From: the human T2T-CHM13v2.0 reference genome, Homo sapiens
Length of the DNA stretch: 64,000 nt
Direction: 5' to 3' (one strand)
NCBI RefSeq assembly: GCF_009914755.1
Contig: NC_060931.1
In this document: piece after piece, positions 1-14,418 of the stretch
Layout of the letters: the number at the start of each line of letters is the position of its first letter
Position numbering within the stretch: position 1 is the first letter of the stretch
Translations under genes and position numbers: made by a program
The notes under the pieces: generated by a model
Database searches by the model: none
The model's input: the letters and a program-made list of their open reading frames with translations, nothing else
Told to the model about the DNA's origin: nothing

Positions 1-169
1 TCTTTTAATGAAGAATACTAATATTTGTCCTAGGAAGCTTAGAGATAAAATTCTAGCTATTTTATATCAAGTCTATGTAATACATTTCTGCATTAAATAC
101 ACACCTGGCATTTAGTGAATTTTTATAATTTTAAGTTGCCTCAGCATTCATTTTGAATATAAATGACTC

Positions 170-660
170 TCACACGAGAAGCAGGGCTCAGTCACCCTTG
201 ACACAGTTTCTAATTCGACATTGCCGTGCCCCTAGGTCCTCAGTGGGGTTGATGCAGCTGTCTGCCTTATACAACTGCCCTCTGGTGACCACCATCCTAT
301 GGGAGATGCAGCCTGCTTAACTCGCCCACCGACCCTCACACCCGACATGGCCTGTAGAGATATGACACAGTGACTGCCTCTCCATCATGGGGTGACCTCC
401 TAAACTTAAGCCTGTGTGCTTGAAACCCACCAATTAAAATCCCTGTGGGAAACCTTCTTGGATACAGCCCTAGATCCAATAAGGACCTTGGCTCACTGGT
501 CCCTTTCTCTTTCTCTCTGTCTGCACTCCTTAATCTCCATGTGTGTGGTTTCCAGATATGCCAGGTACCCCCAGACCTGAAAGTCTTGGAAGTCATAAAG
601 TATTTATTTACATTTTGTGCCTTTCCTAAGATCCTAAATTAAACATGGCAAAATTCTATA
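170..660. mobile_element. Old ERVL-type LTR fragment (MER54/MER73/MER74-like)
   Basis: The motif agaagcagggctcagtcacccttgacacagttt and LTR-like composition stand out against an AT-rich background. Subfamily and ends are uncertain. Confidence 0.4.
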
Positions 661-1870
661 TTCATAGTTAAAAAACAAGCAAATGACTATTTCTTTGTCA
701 ATACTGTGATTTTACATTCACAATACATCATATAAACAAGCACAACTAATCTTTTACAAATGTTGAATGTGTAACATATAAATTAAAAAATAAACACATT
801 TTTCAGAACCATTTCCAGATGTGTTAGCAGCAAAATAAAGAAAAAAATAATTCCTAGCTACCTACAAATGAATGAAGCTATTTGATAGAAGAGTAATGAT
901 ATAACAGTAGCCATTAGAACTAAAAGAAAGGCATCCAATGGTATATACAACATGTAAAAGTGTTACCAGAGAGAATTGTATTAGTTAAGCCAAGAATATG
1001 GTTGGAGATTCCTGGATACTGGCATAATAGGTAGTCAATCAATATGAAGTGAATTCATTGACTGAAAATTGTTGAAGAGTAGGGAGACTTTACTTACAGA
1101 CTACAAAAGATCCAGAAGAGATATTTAAAAGGATTGTCAGAATGAGCAGCAGGAAACTAAAATTCAAGTAGAATTATGGGAAGGGATGGAAGAGAATGCA
1201 TTTCAGACATTAAGAGTGACAGATATAGAAGTGTGAGGAAGTGTTTTGAATGCATCTCTGCCCAGCAATTTACATAATCTTTTTCAGTTTTTCCCACCTT
1301 CAAGCATCAAAAGAACAAAGAATGGATATTTATTGATGTTTTCTGGAAAAGGAACACACAAAATTTATCAATAGTAGCATTAATGTTTTCTTATCTCATT
1401 TCTCACTCCTGATGCCAAAGTAGGTTGCTATTATAATCCGGTCAGTTTTTGGAAGATGAACTTTGGTGGTGAAATTATGTGCTGTTAGTTCTAGATCTTG
1501 GAATGTAACTTTTCTGCTTCTGGCCCTGAGTTGTATTGCCTGGCTTATGAGATGAGGTAAGCTGAGTGTCCATATGATCAACATGAAAGGCTAGGTGTGT
1601 GTAGTGGCAGACCTGCCATCTGTGCCTTCCACTCCCAACTCCAGGCCATATTCATGGAGCAAAGCTAAACTCTCACAAGCACTTCCACCCCATGTGTCTT
1701 AACCCCAAATAACTTTGAGATGGGCCCACAGAGAACATGGTGTCAGGGGTTACAGGAGGTAGAGAGAGGAATAAGGTGTTCGTCTTTAGTTGACTTGCCT
1801 ACATTATTATTTATCTGGGAACATTCTAATAGGTAATAAAAAACTATCTCTGGAATATTGCACAATTTAA

Positions 1871-2188
<318 letters not shown>

Positions 2189-3249
2189 TAATTATTAGTA
2201 GTTCCTGCACATTAATTTTTCCCCAAAGTCAGAGAAAATATAGCAATTTTTTAAGGAAAAAAATGCAAATCTGACAATAAACTTATCATTCTCTTCTAAA
2301 CTAAAGCTATTAAATCACATTATAGTAATTATATTCTTCATAAAACTGAGTGGCTTCCAGATCCCAGAAAGATATGAGACTTAAGGTATCAGAGCATTCA
2401 ATATGCTGAGAATCTGTCACCTGCCTTTGTTGTCTCATTCTAGTGAAGACATTCGTCTAGTGAGGACTTTGTCTCAGAATTCTGCTGGATTGTTGCATGG
2501 AAAGAGTGTAGGATCCCTCTGCCAGTGAGGAGTTTTTCATATTAAAGCAGAATTCAGACCAAACACTTTGTGAAAATTTTCAGTAGCTTTGAATGAACAG
2601 ACATCTTCACTAAATTATCAGATGACATGCAGTTGACATACAGTTCACTTCACACAGTTAAAATACAAGACATTAAAACATTCATGAAAAAAGATTATAG
2701 AAATTAGGAAAAATAATAATGCAAAGTGCAAGAAAAATCGATGACACACAATAGAGAATATTAAAAATATAGGGGATTTTGAAAATGAAAGTAATGCATA
2801 GTTACATATAAAATATGGGGTATTTCCCATTCAATAAAGACAGAATTCACTTATCAAAAGGTGATATATATAATGGTTAATTACTGGAATTTGAAGATAA
2901 GTAATTATTTAGGCATGGAAGAAGAAACTGTAATTCTCCTGCAAGGGAAAAAAATTTAGACTGGCATCAGGTTAAACAAAATGAATGCTCATGATGAAAA
3001 GATAGTGAAAGTTCTATAAAATTCTAAGAATTAAGTGCACTTCAAATTGTTTTTAAAATGCTGCCAAACTCAAACATTTTTTAAACAAACTCTAACCATC
3101 CAAGAGGTCAATCAGAACAAAGAGGAAGGAGTAATTTGTGAAACCAATATCAGTAATGATAAAGGCTACATCATTTCAGATTTAGTATATATTAAGATTA
3201 TATTATGAACTAATTTACTTATTTGTAAAAATATTGACTATGTTATGAT

Positions 3250-5010
3250 CTATTGTTTGACAAGTATGATAAAATTAACCAATATGTTAAAAAATGTAAC
3301 TTATCAAAGATGTGGGAGAACCAAATTAAAAATTTGATCATGTCAATTTAAAGACCTTCTCTAAAATAAATTAATTAGTGAATTTTAAATAAATATTTAT
3401 GAAGGTAATTACAGAAATATTGCTCAAACTCTTCTAGAGAATAAAGCAAAAACATTTCTCAACTCTTTTAATGAGGCCAACATATATTTGATACCAAAAT
3501 CTGATGAAGACATTGTGATAAAATAACATGGATACAAAATTTTTAAACATAGATGCAAAAATGCCTCAATAAAATATTCTCAAAATGAATTCATCAATAT
3601 ATAAAAGGACCAAATAAGATTCATTTCAGAAGTGTAAAGATTATTTTATATTCTAAAATAAATTAATATAAGTAATAAATTTATCAGTAAACAAAAGAGA
3701 AGAAAAAAATCTCAGAAGTTTAAAAAACACTTTTTTTTACAAAAGTCAACATCTTTGAATGATTGTAAGAAAGAACTATTATTAAAAGAGCCATAAGAAA
3801 ACTTCTTGAGTCTTAAGTTTATTACAAAACCTACAGCTTACCTTATTCTCAAGAAATATTGAAACATTTTTCCTGTAAGCAAGAAAAAGATAAGGATACC
3901 ATTATTGAAATTAAATATATATATTTTGATATCTCAACAAATTAGGAACAAAGGGGAATTTCCTAGACTTGGTAAAAAAATTACAAAAACCATACAGCTA
4001 ACACTGCAATGCTGAGAAACTTGAAGCTTTCCTACTATGGTCAGGAAGAAGGCAAAAATATACCCTTTTACCACTCCTTTTCTAGATTGTACTAAGAAAC
4101 CTACCTAATCTGATGAGACAAGAAAAGGAAATAAATACGAAGACTGGGAGGAAATAAATAAATCTGTTGTACTTGCAGATGGCATGATTAGCTATGCAGA
4201 AAACATGAAAGAATCAACAAAAAAACCCTCCTGGAATTAATAAGTGACTATAGCAAAGTTGCATTTACAAGTTTAATATAATATACACAGATCAATTGCT
4301 TTCCAACATACTAGCAATGAACAAGTGGAATTTCAGATTAAAAACACAATACCATTTACATTAGCACAGTAAAAATGACATACTTAGCTATAAATCTAAC
4401 GAAATACATACAAGATCAACACAAGGAAAACTATAAAAATCTGATGAAATAAATCAAAGAACTAAATAAATGAAGAGATATTCTATGCTCATGGATAGAA
4501 AGATTCAATATTGCCAATCTGTCAGTTCTCCTCAACTTTATAGATCCAATAAAATCTCAATCAAAATCTTAGCAAGTTACTTTGTGAATACTGACAGGCT
4601 GATTCTAAAGTTTATATAGAGACACCAAAGACTCAGAATAGCCAATACAACATTGAATCAGAATAACAAAGTTGGAGAACTGAGACTACCGGACTTCAAC
4701 ACTTACTGCAAAGCTACAATAATTAAGACAGTGTGTTATTGGAAACAAACAAACACCAAGTACAAATAGATCAATGGAACAGAATAGAGAGCCCAGAAAT
4801 TGACCCACAGAAATATAATCAACTCAGCTTTGACAAAGGAAGAAAGACAATTCAACAGAGAAAGGAAAGACTTTTTAACCAATGGTGCCAGAACAACAGA
4901 ACATCCACATATTAAAAAAGAAACAAATTGAAACTAGACACAGAGCTTGCACACTCCACAAAATTTAAGTCAATATAGGTTATATAACAAAACATAAAAC
5001 ACAAAACTGT
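3250..5010 (+). mobile_element. Ancient L1M ORF2 fragments
   Basis: Degenerate L1 ORF2; ORF 4733-4915 translates IDQWNRIESPEIDP...FDKG, an L1 ORF2 C-terminal motif. Confidence 0.8.
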
Positions 5011-5262
5011 ATGTATATGCCATGCCACGTATACAGCACGTGATGTTTATAGAAATAGTATTATTAATTGTTGTGTAGAAATAGTTTATAGACTGGAATC
5101 AAGTGAAAGTATTGTTTATAAAATTGGAAAATAAAAAAATTAGGAAATATTATCAGAAAAGTATAGGTATAACTATAGTAGATGATACTATATTCTGAAT
5201 TATAAATAGGAAAGCCAAAAAACTAAAAAATAAAGAAATCATAAAAAGTATTATGCCCTGTC

Positions 5263-5574
5263 TGCTGGGCGCGGTGGCTCACGCCCGTAATCCCAGCACT
5301 TTGGGAGGCCAAGGCAGGCGGATCATGAGGTCAGGATACCCAGACTCTCCTGGCTAACACAGTGAAACCCCGTCTCTACTAAAAATACAAAAAATAAACC
5401 GGGCGTGATGGCAGGCGCCTGTAGTCCCAGCTACTCAGGAGGCTGAGGCAGGAGAATGGTGTGAACCCAGGAGGTGGAGTTGCAGTGAGCAGAGATCGTG
5501 CCACTGCACTCCAGCCTGGGCAACAGAGTGAGACTCTGTCTCAAAAAAAAAAAATAAAAATAAAAATAAAAAAA
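5263..5574 (+). mobile_element. AluY-like
   Basis: Full Alu with A-rich tail; 13-bp TSD attatgccctgtc at 5250-5262 and 5575-5587. Confidence 0.95.
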
Positions 5575-6367
5575 ATTATGCCCTGTCAAAAGTTTTTTTG
5601 AATTCTTAGCTAATTCTTAACAGATGTAAGTACAACAAAAGAACATGGTATGATCCTTGACCTCTTGGATCCAATAAACTATTGAAAAGTGTTGTAAATG
5701 TAAATAACAGAAGCAGATGAGAGAACATCTAGTTTTTCCAGATGACAGTTTTCATGAAGAGCAGAAAAAACTGCTCTAAGATCCAAGAAACAAGCAGCAT
5801 TGTAGATGAAGTTGAAATTTTCAGCAATTAGATGAATGCATATGAAATTGCATTTAAAGCGGATTATCTTAAAAACAAAGAAGAGACTTTCAAGAAAAAG
5901 AAAATGAGTGAATGGTATTGCAAATGCTCATGTTCCTTAAATCCAATTTTACTCAATATGAAAACAATGAAAAGTAAACAGTTTGGGTAAAATTAAGAAA
6001 AACAACAACAGATGATTTATTCACAACTTTTCCTGTTTGATATCTGAGTAGTTACTTCTTGTACATGCCATGCTGTTAAGGTCTGAAATGGAGAGGAAGC
6101 TTGTTGGATGGAAGCTCAGTGGCAGATAGAATTGATGGTCTATCCTGTTGCCATTCTTCCTCTTCCCTCCCTGGCAGATGTTGGAACTTTTCTTCTCATG
6201 TTCATCTTCTCATGTACTCATGGGCATTGGTCCCTTCCTAGCCACAATATGTAGTTTTTGCCCAGTCTAAATAAAATTATGATAATTCTCTTTATCTTGA
6301 CAGAGAATGGTTTTGCCAAGGTTTGTCAATGTAATTAGCACAGTGGCCAACAAAATATATAAAGGTT

Positions 6368-6650
6368 GGCCAGTCATAGTGGCTCACACATGTAATCCTA
6401 GCACTTTGGGAACCGAAGGCAGGAGGATCACTGAAGATAGGAGTTCAAGACCAGCCTAGGCAACATAGTGAGACCTCATTTCTGCAAAAATACAAAAATT
6501 AGCCAGGCATGTTGGCACATGCCTGTAAACCCAGCTACTCAGAAGACTGAAGCAGGAGGACTGCTTGAACCTAGGAGTTTGAGGCTACAATGACCTATGA
6601 TCATGACACAGCCTGTGTGACACAAAGACACCCTGTCTTTTAAAAATAAA
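6368..6650 (+). mobile_element. AluJ-like (diverged)
   Basis: Diverged dimeric Alu (ggccagtcatagtggctcac ... gaggctacaatgacctatgatc). Confidence 0.85.
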
Positions 6651-6656
6651 AATTAT

Positions 6657-6662
<6 letters not shown>

Positions 6663-6707
<45 letters not shown>
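6663..6707. repeat. (TA)n microsatellite
   Basis: Pure TA run of about 22 units. Confidence 0.97.
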
Positions 6708-6710
<3 letters not shown>

Positions 6711-6739
6711 GGTATTTGTGTAAGAAAAATATTCTCTTC

Positions 6740-7070
6740 CCTGATTAAAAAAAATTGTGCTTGGAGATACTGTTCTTTTTGTATTTTGATTGAGATTGTG
6801 AGAATCAGATGCCTGGAGGTGTAGAAATGATCTTTTAGTCATCAGAGGGCAAGACTGAAGACACATTTCAACTGCTGAGGACACAAGACAGAAATATCAA
6901 TGGCACTTAGGTCCTTGGTGGTATTGGGTGGTACTTAATTAACTGATCCTAGAATCACATTTTCCAGGATGTCTTGTTGTTCATGATATTAAACTCTTCA
7001 TTGTTTAAGACATTGAATTCTGCTTCAGGTAATCTATTACTTGCAGCCAAGGCACTCCGACTGACAGAAC
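6740..7070 (+). mobile_element. MLT1-type MaLR LTR fragment
   Basis: Typical MLT1 3' end: attgtttaagacattg...tattacttgcagccaaggcactccgactgacaga. Confidence 0.55.
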
Positions 7071-7508
7071 AACAACAATACAAACAGTCAACATTTAATA
7101 TGCCAATAGGGTAAGATAAGGTACAAAGAAAATATTTACATTTAAATAGACATTTTATGCTTTTAATATTATGCAATAAAAAAGATAAGACACCCCCTCA
7201 ACAAGATCAACACAGAATATTCCCAATATTTCCAGACTGTTGAAAAAGGGGCCTTATAGATTCGTTCTTTCATACGCAGGTTTATAAATTATGATTTTAA
7301 GAGGTGTCTTTATTTATTATTATTTATTTATTTATTTATTATCTCAAAGTAGTTAGAAGAAAAGCAAAAATATCTATCCTAGAATCAAATGGATTAAATA
7401 TACTGTTGAAATAACATAAAGTAAAGCTGCGTAGAAGGTAGCAATTTGATATAGTGAGACAGCTGGTGTTGTTCTAGACAAAATCAATAAAAGCTTAGAA
7501 TGTAGATA

Positions 7509-7990
7509 TGTTCAGGAACTCCAAGACCAGCTTCAGATCCTGTGATTGTCCAGAACTCACAGGACCCAGCATACAGCATACCCATGGCTAGGATTTACTA
7601 CAGCAAAAGGATGTAAAATAAATTCAACAAAGGAAAAACGTGTAGGGGGTGAAGTCTGGAAGAAATCAGGCTCAGGCTTTGAGTCCTATCCCAGTGGAGA
7701 CACCAGGGTTGGTAGAAGTTCACGAGGGACTTGGTGCCCAGGGTTTTTACCAGGGGCTGGTTACATAGGCATTGTCTGCCTGGCACATACCAGAATGCCA
7801 GGAATCCATGAGGCAAGTGTGTTCAGCAGAAACCATACGATTTGTTTGGTTAGGCATAGCAAGCCACTCCAATCTGTTCTGAGAGTAGCAGGAACTCCCC
7901 TGAAATCCAAGTTCCTGGACACCATCAGAGGGCCAACCTTGTAAGCAGGACATTTTAAGAATAAGCAGTTAGGCCTGGTAGGTTAACTCT
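7509..7990. mobile_element. MER21-like LTR (its last bases continue at 8407-8421)
   Basis: MER21-type motifs actcacaggacccagcatacagc...ggctaggatttactacagcaaaagg and aggcctggtaggttaactct. Confidence 0.65.
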
Positions 7991-8406
7991 TGTGATGGTT
8001 AATTTTATGTTAAGTCTACTGAGCCACAGGTGTGTAGATTAGAGTTCATTTCTGTGTGTGTCTGTGAGGGTGTTTCCACAAGAAATTAGCATTTGAATTG
8101 GTGGATTCAGAAATTAGATTGCCCTCCTCAATGGAGTGGGCCTCTTTCAATCAGTTCAAGTCATAAATATAACAAAAGGCAGAAGGGAGAATTCACTCCC
8201 TGTCTGCTTGCTGCTTGACCTGGAACTTCAGTCTTCTCTTACTCTTGGACTGGGATTTATATATTTGTCACCCTGGCTCTCAGGCCTTCAGATTCAGATT
8301 GGAACTACAGCACCAATTTTCCTGGATCTCCAGTTTGCAGACAACAGATCATGGGACTGTATATATCTTATTGGTTCTAGTTCTCGGGAGAACACTGACT
8401 AATACA
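7991..8406 (+). mobile_element. MLT2 (ERVL) LTR
   Basis: Starts tgtgatggttaattttatg and ends gagaacactgactaataca; 5-bp TSD actct/attct. Confidence 0.85.
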
Positions 8407-10809
8407 ATTCTTTTACATACAGTAGGGAAAGAAGTAATAGAACCTCAGTAATTTGTAGGAGGCTAAACCTCAGCAGTGTCTTGATTCATTTTGGGTTTTC
8501 TATATTTAAAGGAATAATGATATCATAGAGATATTCCAGATTTGAGCATACAAGCTATAACGTGCATTGAAAACATGATGAATGAAGAAGTCATGATGTT
8601 TTTGCAATGCGTGCTCTTTAGAAAAGAAGAAAGAAGACAAGTGTATGCTAAGGGCAAAGAAAAATATATTGATCATTTCAAAAGGCCAGATATAGAGGCA
8701 ATATAAGCAAGGCATTTACAAGGATTTGTGAGTAGCTAAAATATTCTGTTGTGATTCTTAACAAATTCTCCAGTTAACCAATTAAGCATACGTGCTAGGA
8801 TCTAAATGAAATTTCTACTATCTGAGGAAGGCAGTGCTTCCATTTTCATTTATAATTCACGTCTCCAAATTTTTGAAAAGCTTCTTACTGATGTCCCTTT
8901 GTGACATTTTCTCAAGCTCAAACTCTCTTTATTCCTAACATTGTGTTAGTTATATATCCCTGTAAATGAGCATGGCCAATTCGCTGGGTGACAAGGGTGT
9001 AAAGGTACGAACCTGTTCATTTAGAAAAGCTTTAAACTTCCAATTCTGCTGAGAATTACACATGTAAGAAACAAAAACCAAAAAGTAATAGCCTTATATC
9101 ATTTTGTTTTCTCAGTTTAGAAAAGCCTTTGATCTCCCACATGTATTTACAAGCATGTGAAATTAGAAACACCTTGGCTAAAATATACTGTGTGATGGAT
9201 AGTTTCAGAATGCAGAACTTTGCATAGTTATTCTATAGTCGTTGCTGTTTTTAAATTTGGATGAAGCAACAAATTATTATCAAACAGGTATGTCTAAACG
9301 CTACATTATTTGATGACTTTTTTCTATTCAAATAAAAGCGCTTCTTTTATTTCTGAGAGATGATTTTATATAATTGTATTTTAGGGGATGATGTTTACTT
9401 TTCTCTGCTGAATGCTTAACACGTAGCCCTTTTACTTTTGTTTCTCTCTAGGGCACATGCACAAAATGATAATGCATGTCCACAAGTTATTTGGCAGCTT
9501 GTGAGAGAATATTGAAGTCCAGTAAATGAAGAAGTCATTCACCAAGACCCCGAGCCCAAATCTCACCATAAAAATAAGACTAACAGTTCATAAATCATGC
9601 TTCTGCATACAAACAATTAGATTCAAAATTTGAGGCCTTAATGCACATAATTAAATTATTCTTTTTCGTTCTGCTTCACAACAGGAAGTTGTTATTGTGG
9701 GGAAAATGTGCCCACATTAAAACTGCAAATTGATTTTTGATGAAATAAAGCTACCCGTAACCTAGAGAAAATTTGATGCCTTACTAAATACAGTGTTAAG
9801 CAGAAAATCGTAACACCTGTGATAAATACGATTAAAAAGACTGCCTTTAGAGATATAAATTTGTTATTGTGAAATATGTGAATCTTGCATATCACTAGGG
9901 TTTTTTTTGAATGGTGAAATAAAGACAAAATGAAAGGAATTATTATTTAATAAAAAGCAATGTTCCTATTATAGAGTTACAGTGATGCAAATAATCCTTG
10001 AAACTTTTTGCACAAAAATTGTAGTCTCCTGGTTTCAGCTTTGACATTTAAAGAGACTGAAAGGTGACACCACATCCTCATAACATCAATCAATAAGTGA
10101 ACAAACAAACAAACAAATGTGAATAAGAAGATAATCAACAACGCTTCTTGGGCCCGTTGGGGAAATGATGTTGTAGAGCAAATCATCCTTCCACAATCTG
10201 GGGAGAGGGATGAATGAAGAGAATCATAGCTGAGATTGCTGACCTGGAGCTGCTAGAGTTGAATGATAATGAAGGATTACTGGAGCCGAACATGGAATAG
10301 TGTGGTGGAGAACAAAACTGGAGTCCAAAGTCTGAGGGAGGTCCTCACACTGTGGGTTCAACCACCAGGCATTCCATCAGATTTTCACAGTAAAGCTCTA
10401 AGAAAGACATCTACTGGCTCTTGCCAGGGGAATAGTAATCACTGTGAAATGTGCCCAGAGTTTTTTCTATAACAAAGGACTACTCTTCAGGGGAAAGGAC
10501 TTTACAAGAAGTCCTTTATCTCATCTGCAGGAACTCCAGCCCTACTCCTTCCCAATTAGCCTTAAGGTCTGGCCTAGAGGTAAATGGAATACACCACTGC
10601 AGGACCTTTTATGAAGGTTCGATCACTCAAAGGCTTGGATGGCATCGTAAGATTACAGAGTGATAACTCTTTCCACGCCTTACTGCCACACCAATAGGGC
10701 TCAGAATAGCAATGGATTGCAGTGGAAAGAGCTGTCATTCTCAGATGCTTTATGAGGAGGAGGAGTTGGGAAAGCCCAACGTCAAAAGAGGAAACAAAAA
10801 CAAAAACAT

Positions 10810-11144
<335 letters not shown>

Positions 11145-11249
11145 TTACAGAACGTATTGTACTCAGCAAATTGACAGGAAAGATTAATATAAAAACTTGC
11201 ATTAAGTGCTATAGTCCATTCAACATCATAAGGCATGCAATAAAGGCAG

Positions 11250-11730
11250 AAGAAACTATTTGTCAAGAGGAAAAAAATTCACTAGAACCAGGCTCAGATG
11301 TAGCATGTTAGAATTATCAGACAGAGAAATTAACGTTGGTATGATTAATATATTAAGGGATCTAATGGAGAAAGAACCAATGGGTTATAAAAAAGGGAAA
11401 TCAAAAAATGAAACAAAAGACAATACTAGAAATCAAACTCATTGTAACAGAGTTGGAGAATGCCTTTGATGGGTTCCTCTGAAGACTGGGCATGGGCAAG
11501 GGAAAAATCACTAAGCTTAAAATTTCTCAATGGAAACTTTTCAAACCAAAATGAAAAGAGTAAAAAAAAATTAAAAGAAAAAACAACACAACATCCAAGA
11601 AAAGCAGAGCAACTTTAAAAGGTTTAATATACACATAATATGAATATTAGGAGAAGAAACAGAAGACAGAGCAGAAAAAAATATTTGAATCAATAGTGTT
11701 CAAAAATTTTTCAAAATTAATAACTCACAC
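11250..11730 (+). mobile_element. Ancient L1M ORF1 fragment (resumes at 14414)
   Basis: Degenerate ORF1 (MLELSDREINVGMINILRDLMEK); the sequence is continuous across the MaLR insertions. Confidence 0.7.
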
Positions 11731-12114
11731 TGTCTTAGTCTGTTTTCACACTGCCATAAAGAACTGCCAGAGACTGGGTAATATATGAGGAAAATAGGTT
11801 TAATTGGTTCACAGTTCCACCTGGATGGGAAGGCCTCAGGAAACTTACAATCACGGCATAAGGGGAAGTAGGCATGTCTTACATTGTGTCAGGCAGGAGA
11901 GAGTGAGTGTGAAGGATGAACTGTCAAATACTTATAAAACCATCAGATCTCATGATAACTCACTCACTATCATGAGAACAGTATGTAAGAAACAATCCCC
12001 ATGATCCAATCACCTGCTTCCCTTAAAACTTGAGGATTATAGGTCCCTCCCTGGACATGTGGGGATTACAACTGAGATAAAATTTGGGTGGGGACCAAGG
12101 GGCAAACCATATGA
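11731..12114 (-). mobile_element. THE1D-like MaLR solo LTR
   Basis: Reverse-complement THE1 LTR: tgtcttagtctgttttcacactg ... ggcaaaccatatga. Confidence 0.85.
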
Positions 12115-12119
12115 AACAC

Positions 12120-14413
12120 TAATATGGTTTGACTGTGTGTCCCCACCCAAATCTCATCTTGAATTCCCACATGTTGTGGGAGAGAGCCAGCGGGAAGTAA
12201 CTGAATCATGAGGGCAGGTCTTTTTCATGCTGTTCTCCTGATAGTGAATAAGTGTCATGAGATTTAATGGTTTTATAAGGGGGAGTTTCCCTGCACAAGC
12301 TCTCTCTTTGCCTGCTCCCAACCATGTAAGACATGACTTGCTTCTCTTTGCCTCCCGCCATGATTGTGAGGCTTCCCCACACAATTCCCAGCCACATGGA
12401 ACTGTAAGTCCATTAAAACTTTTTTCTATGTAAATTACTGAGTCTCATGTATGTATTTATTAGTAGCATGAAAGATAACTAATATAGTAAATTGGCACCA
12501 CTACAGTGGGGCTCTGTGAAAAGATACCCAAAAATGTGGAAGCAACTTTGGAACTGGGTAATAGGCAGAGGTTAGGACAGTTTGGAGGGCTCAGAAGACA
12601 GAAAAATGTCAAAAAGTTTGGAACTTCCTAGAGACTTGTTGAATGCCTTTGCCCAAAATGCTGATAATGATATGGACAATGAAATCCAGGCTGAGGTGGT
12701 CTCAGATGGACATAAGGAAGTTGTTGGGAACTAGAGCAAAGGTAACTCTTGTTATGTTTTAGCAAAGAAACCGGCAGCATTTAGCCCCTTCCCTGGAGAT
12801 GTGTGGAACTATGAACTTGAAAGAGATGATTTAGGATATCTGGCAGAAGAAATTTCTAAGCAGGAAAGCATTAAAGAGCTGACTCAGGTGCTGTTAAAGG
12901 CATTCAGTTTTAAAATGGAAACAGAGCATAAAAGTTCAGAAAAGTTGCAGCCTGACAATGCAATAGAAAAGAAAATCCCATTTCCTGAGGAGAAATTCAA
13001 GCCAGCTGCAGACATTTGAATAAGTAATGAAGAAGCAAATGTTAATTGCCCAGATGATGCAGAAAATGTCTCCAGGGCATGTCAGAGACCTTTGTGGCAG
13101 CCCCTCCCCTCACAGAACTGGAGGCCTAGGAGGAAAAAATGGTTTTGTAGACCAGGCCCAGGCCCCTGCCTGCTTTGTGCAGCCTAGGGACTTGGTGTCC
13201 CATGTCCCAGCCACTAAAGCCATGGCTAAAAGGAACCAATGTATAGCTTGGGCCATAGCTTCAGAGAGTGCAAGCCCCAAGCCTTGGCAGCTTCCATGTG
13301 GTGTTGAGCACGTAGGTGCACAGTCAAGAATTGAGGTGTGGGAACCTCTGTCTAGATTTCAGAGGATTAATGGCAATTCCTGGATGTCCAGGCAGAAGTT
13401 TGCTTCAGGGATGGAGCCCTCAAGGAGAACCTCTGCTAAGGCAGTGTGGAAGGGAAAAGTGGTGTGTGAGCCCCCACACAGAATCCCCACTTGGATACTG
13501 CCTAGCAGAGCTGTAAGAAGAGGGTCACCATCCTCCAGACCCCAGAATAGTAGATCCACCAACAGCTTGAACTGTGCACCTGAAAAATCCATAGACTCTG
13601 AATGCCATCCCATGAAAGCAGCCAGGAGGGAGACTGTACCCTGCATAGCCACAGGGGTGGAGATGCCCAAGACCATGGGAACCCACCTCTTGCATCAGCA
13701 TGACCCGGATGTGAGACGTGGAGTCAAAGGAGATCGTTTTGGAGCTTTATGATTTGACTGCCCTGCTGGATTTCAGACTTGCATGGGTCCTGTCGTCCCT
13801 TTCTTTTGGGCAAATTCTTCCATTTGGAATTGCTATATCTATCCAATACCTGTACCCCCATTGTATCTAGGAAGTAACTAACCTGCTTTTGATTTTACTG
13901 GCTCATAGATGAAAGGGACCTGCCTTTCCTTGGATGAAACTTTTGACTGTGGACTTTTGAGTTAATGCTGAAATGAGTGAAGACTTTGGGGGACTGTTGG
14001 GAAGTCATGGTTGGTTTTGAGATGTGAAGACATGAGATTTGGGAGCAGCCAGGGGTGGAATGTCATGGTTTGGCTGTGTCCCCACTCAAATCTCATCTTG
14101 AATTCCCATGTGTTGTGGAAGGGACGCTGTGGGAGGTAATTGATTAATGGGGGCAGGTCTTTCCCATGTTGCTCTCATGATATTGAATAAGTCTCACAAG
14201 ATCTGATGGTTTTATAAGGGGAGTTTCCCTGCACAAGCTCTCTTTTTGCCTGCTTGCATCCATGTAAGATGTGACTTCCTCTTCCTTGGCTTCTGCCATG
14301 ATTGTGAGGTTTTCCCAGCCACATGGAACAGTAAGTCCATTAAACCTTTTTCCTGTATGAATTACCTCGTCTTGGGTATGTCTTTATTACCAGCATGAAA
14401 ATGGACTAATACA
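12120..14413 (+). mobile_element. Complete THE1 (THE1B-like) MaLR element: 5' LTR 12120-12486, internal 12487-14060, 3' LTR 14061-14413
   Basis: Two homologous LTRs (start t(a/g)atatggtttg-like, end actaat(a/ac)a). The internal region begins gtaaattggcacc, a purine tract ccaggggtggaa precedes the 3' LTR, and MaLR-internal ORF remnants are present (ELERDDLGYLAEEISKQ; PKPWQLPCGVE). Confidence 0.93.
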
Positions 14414-14418
14414 GACAC

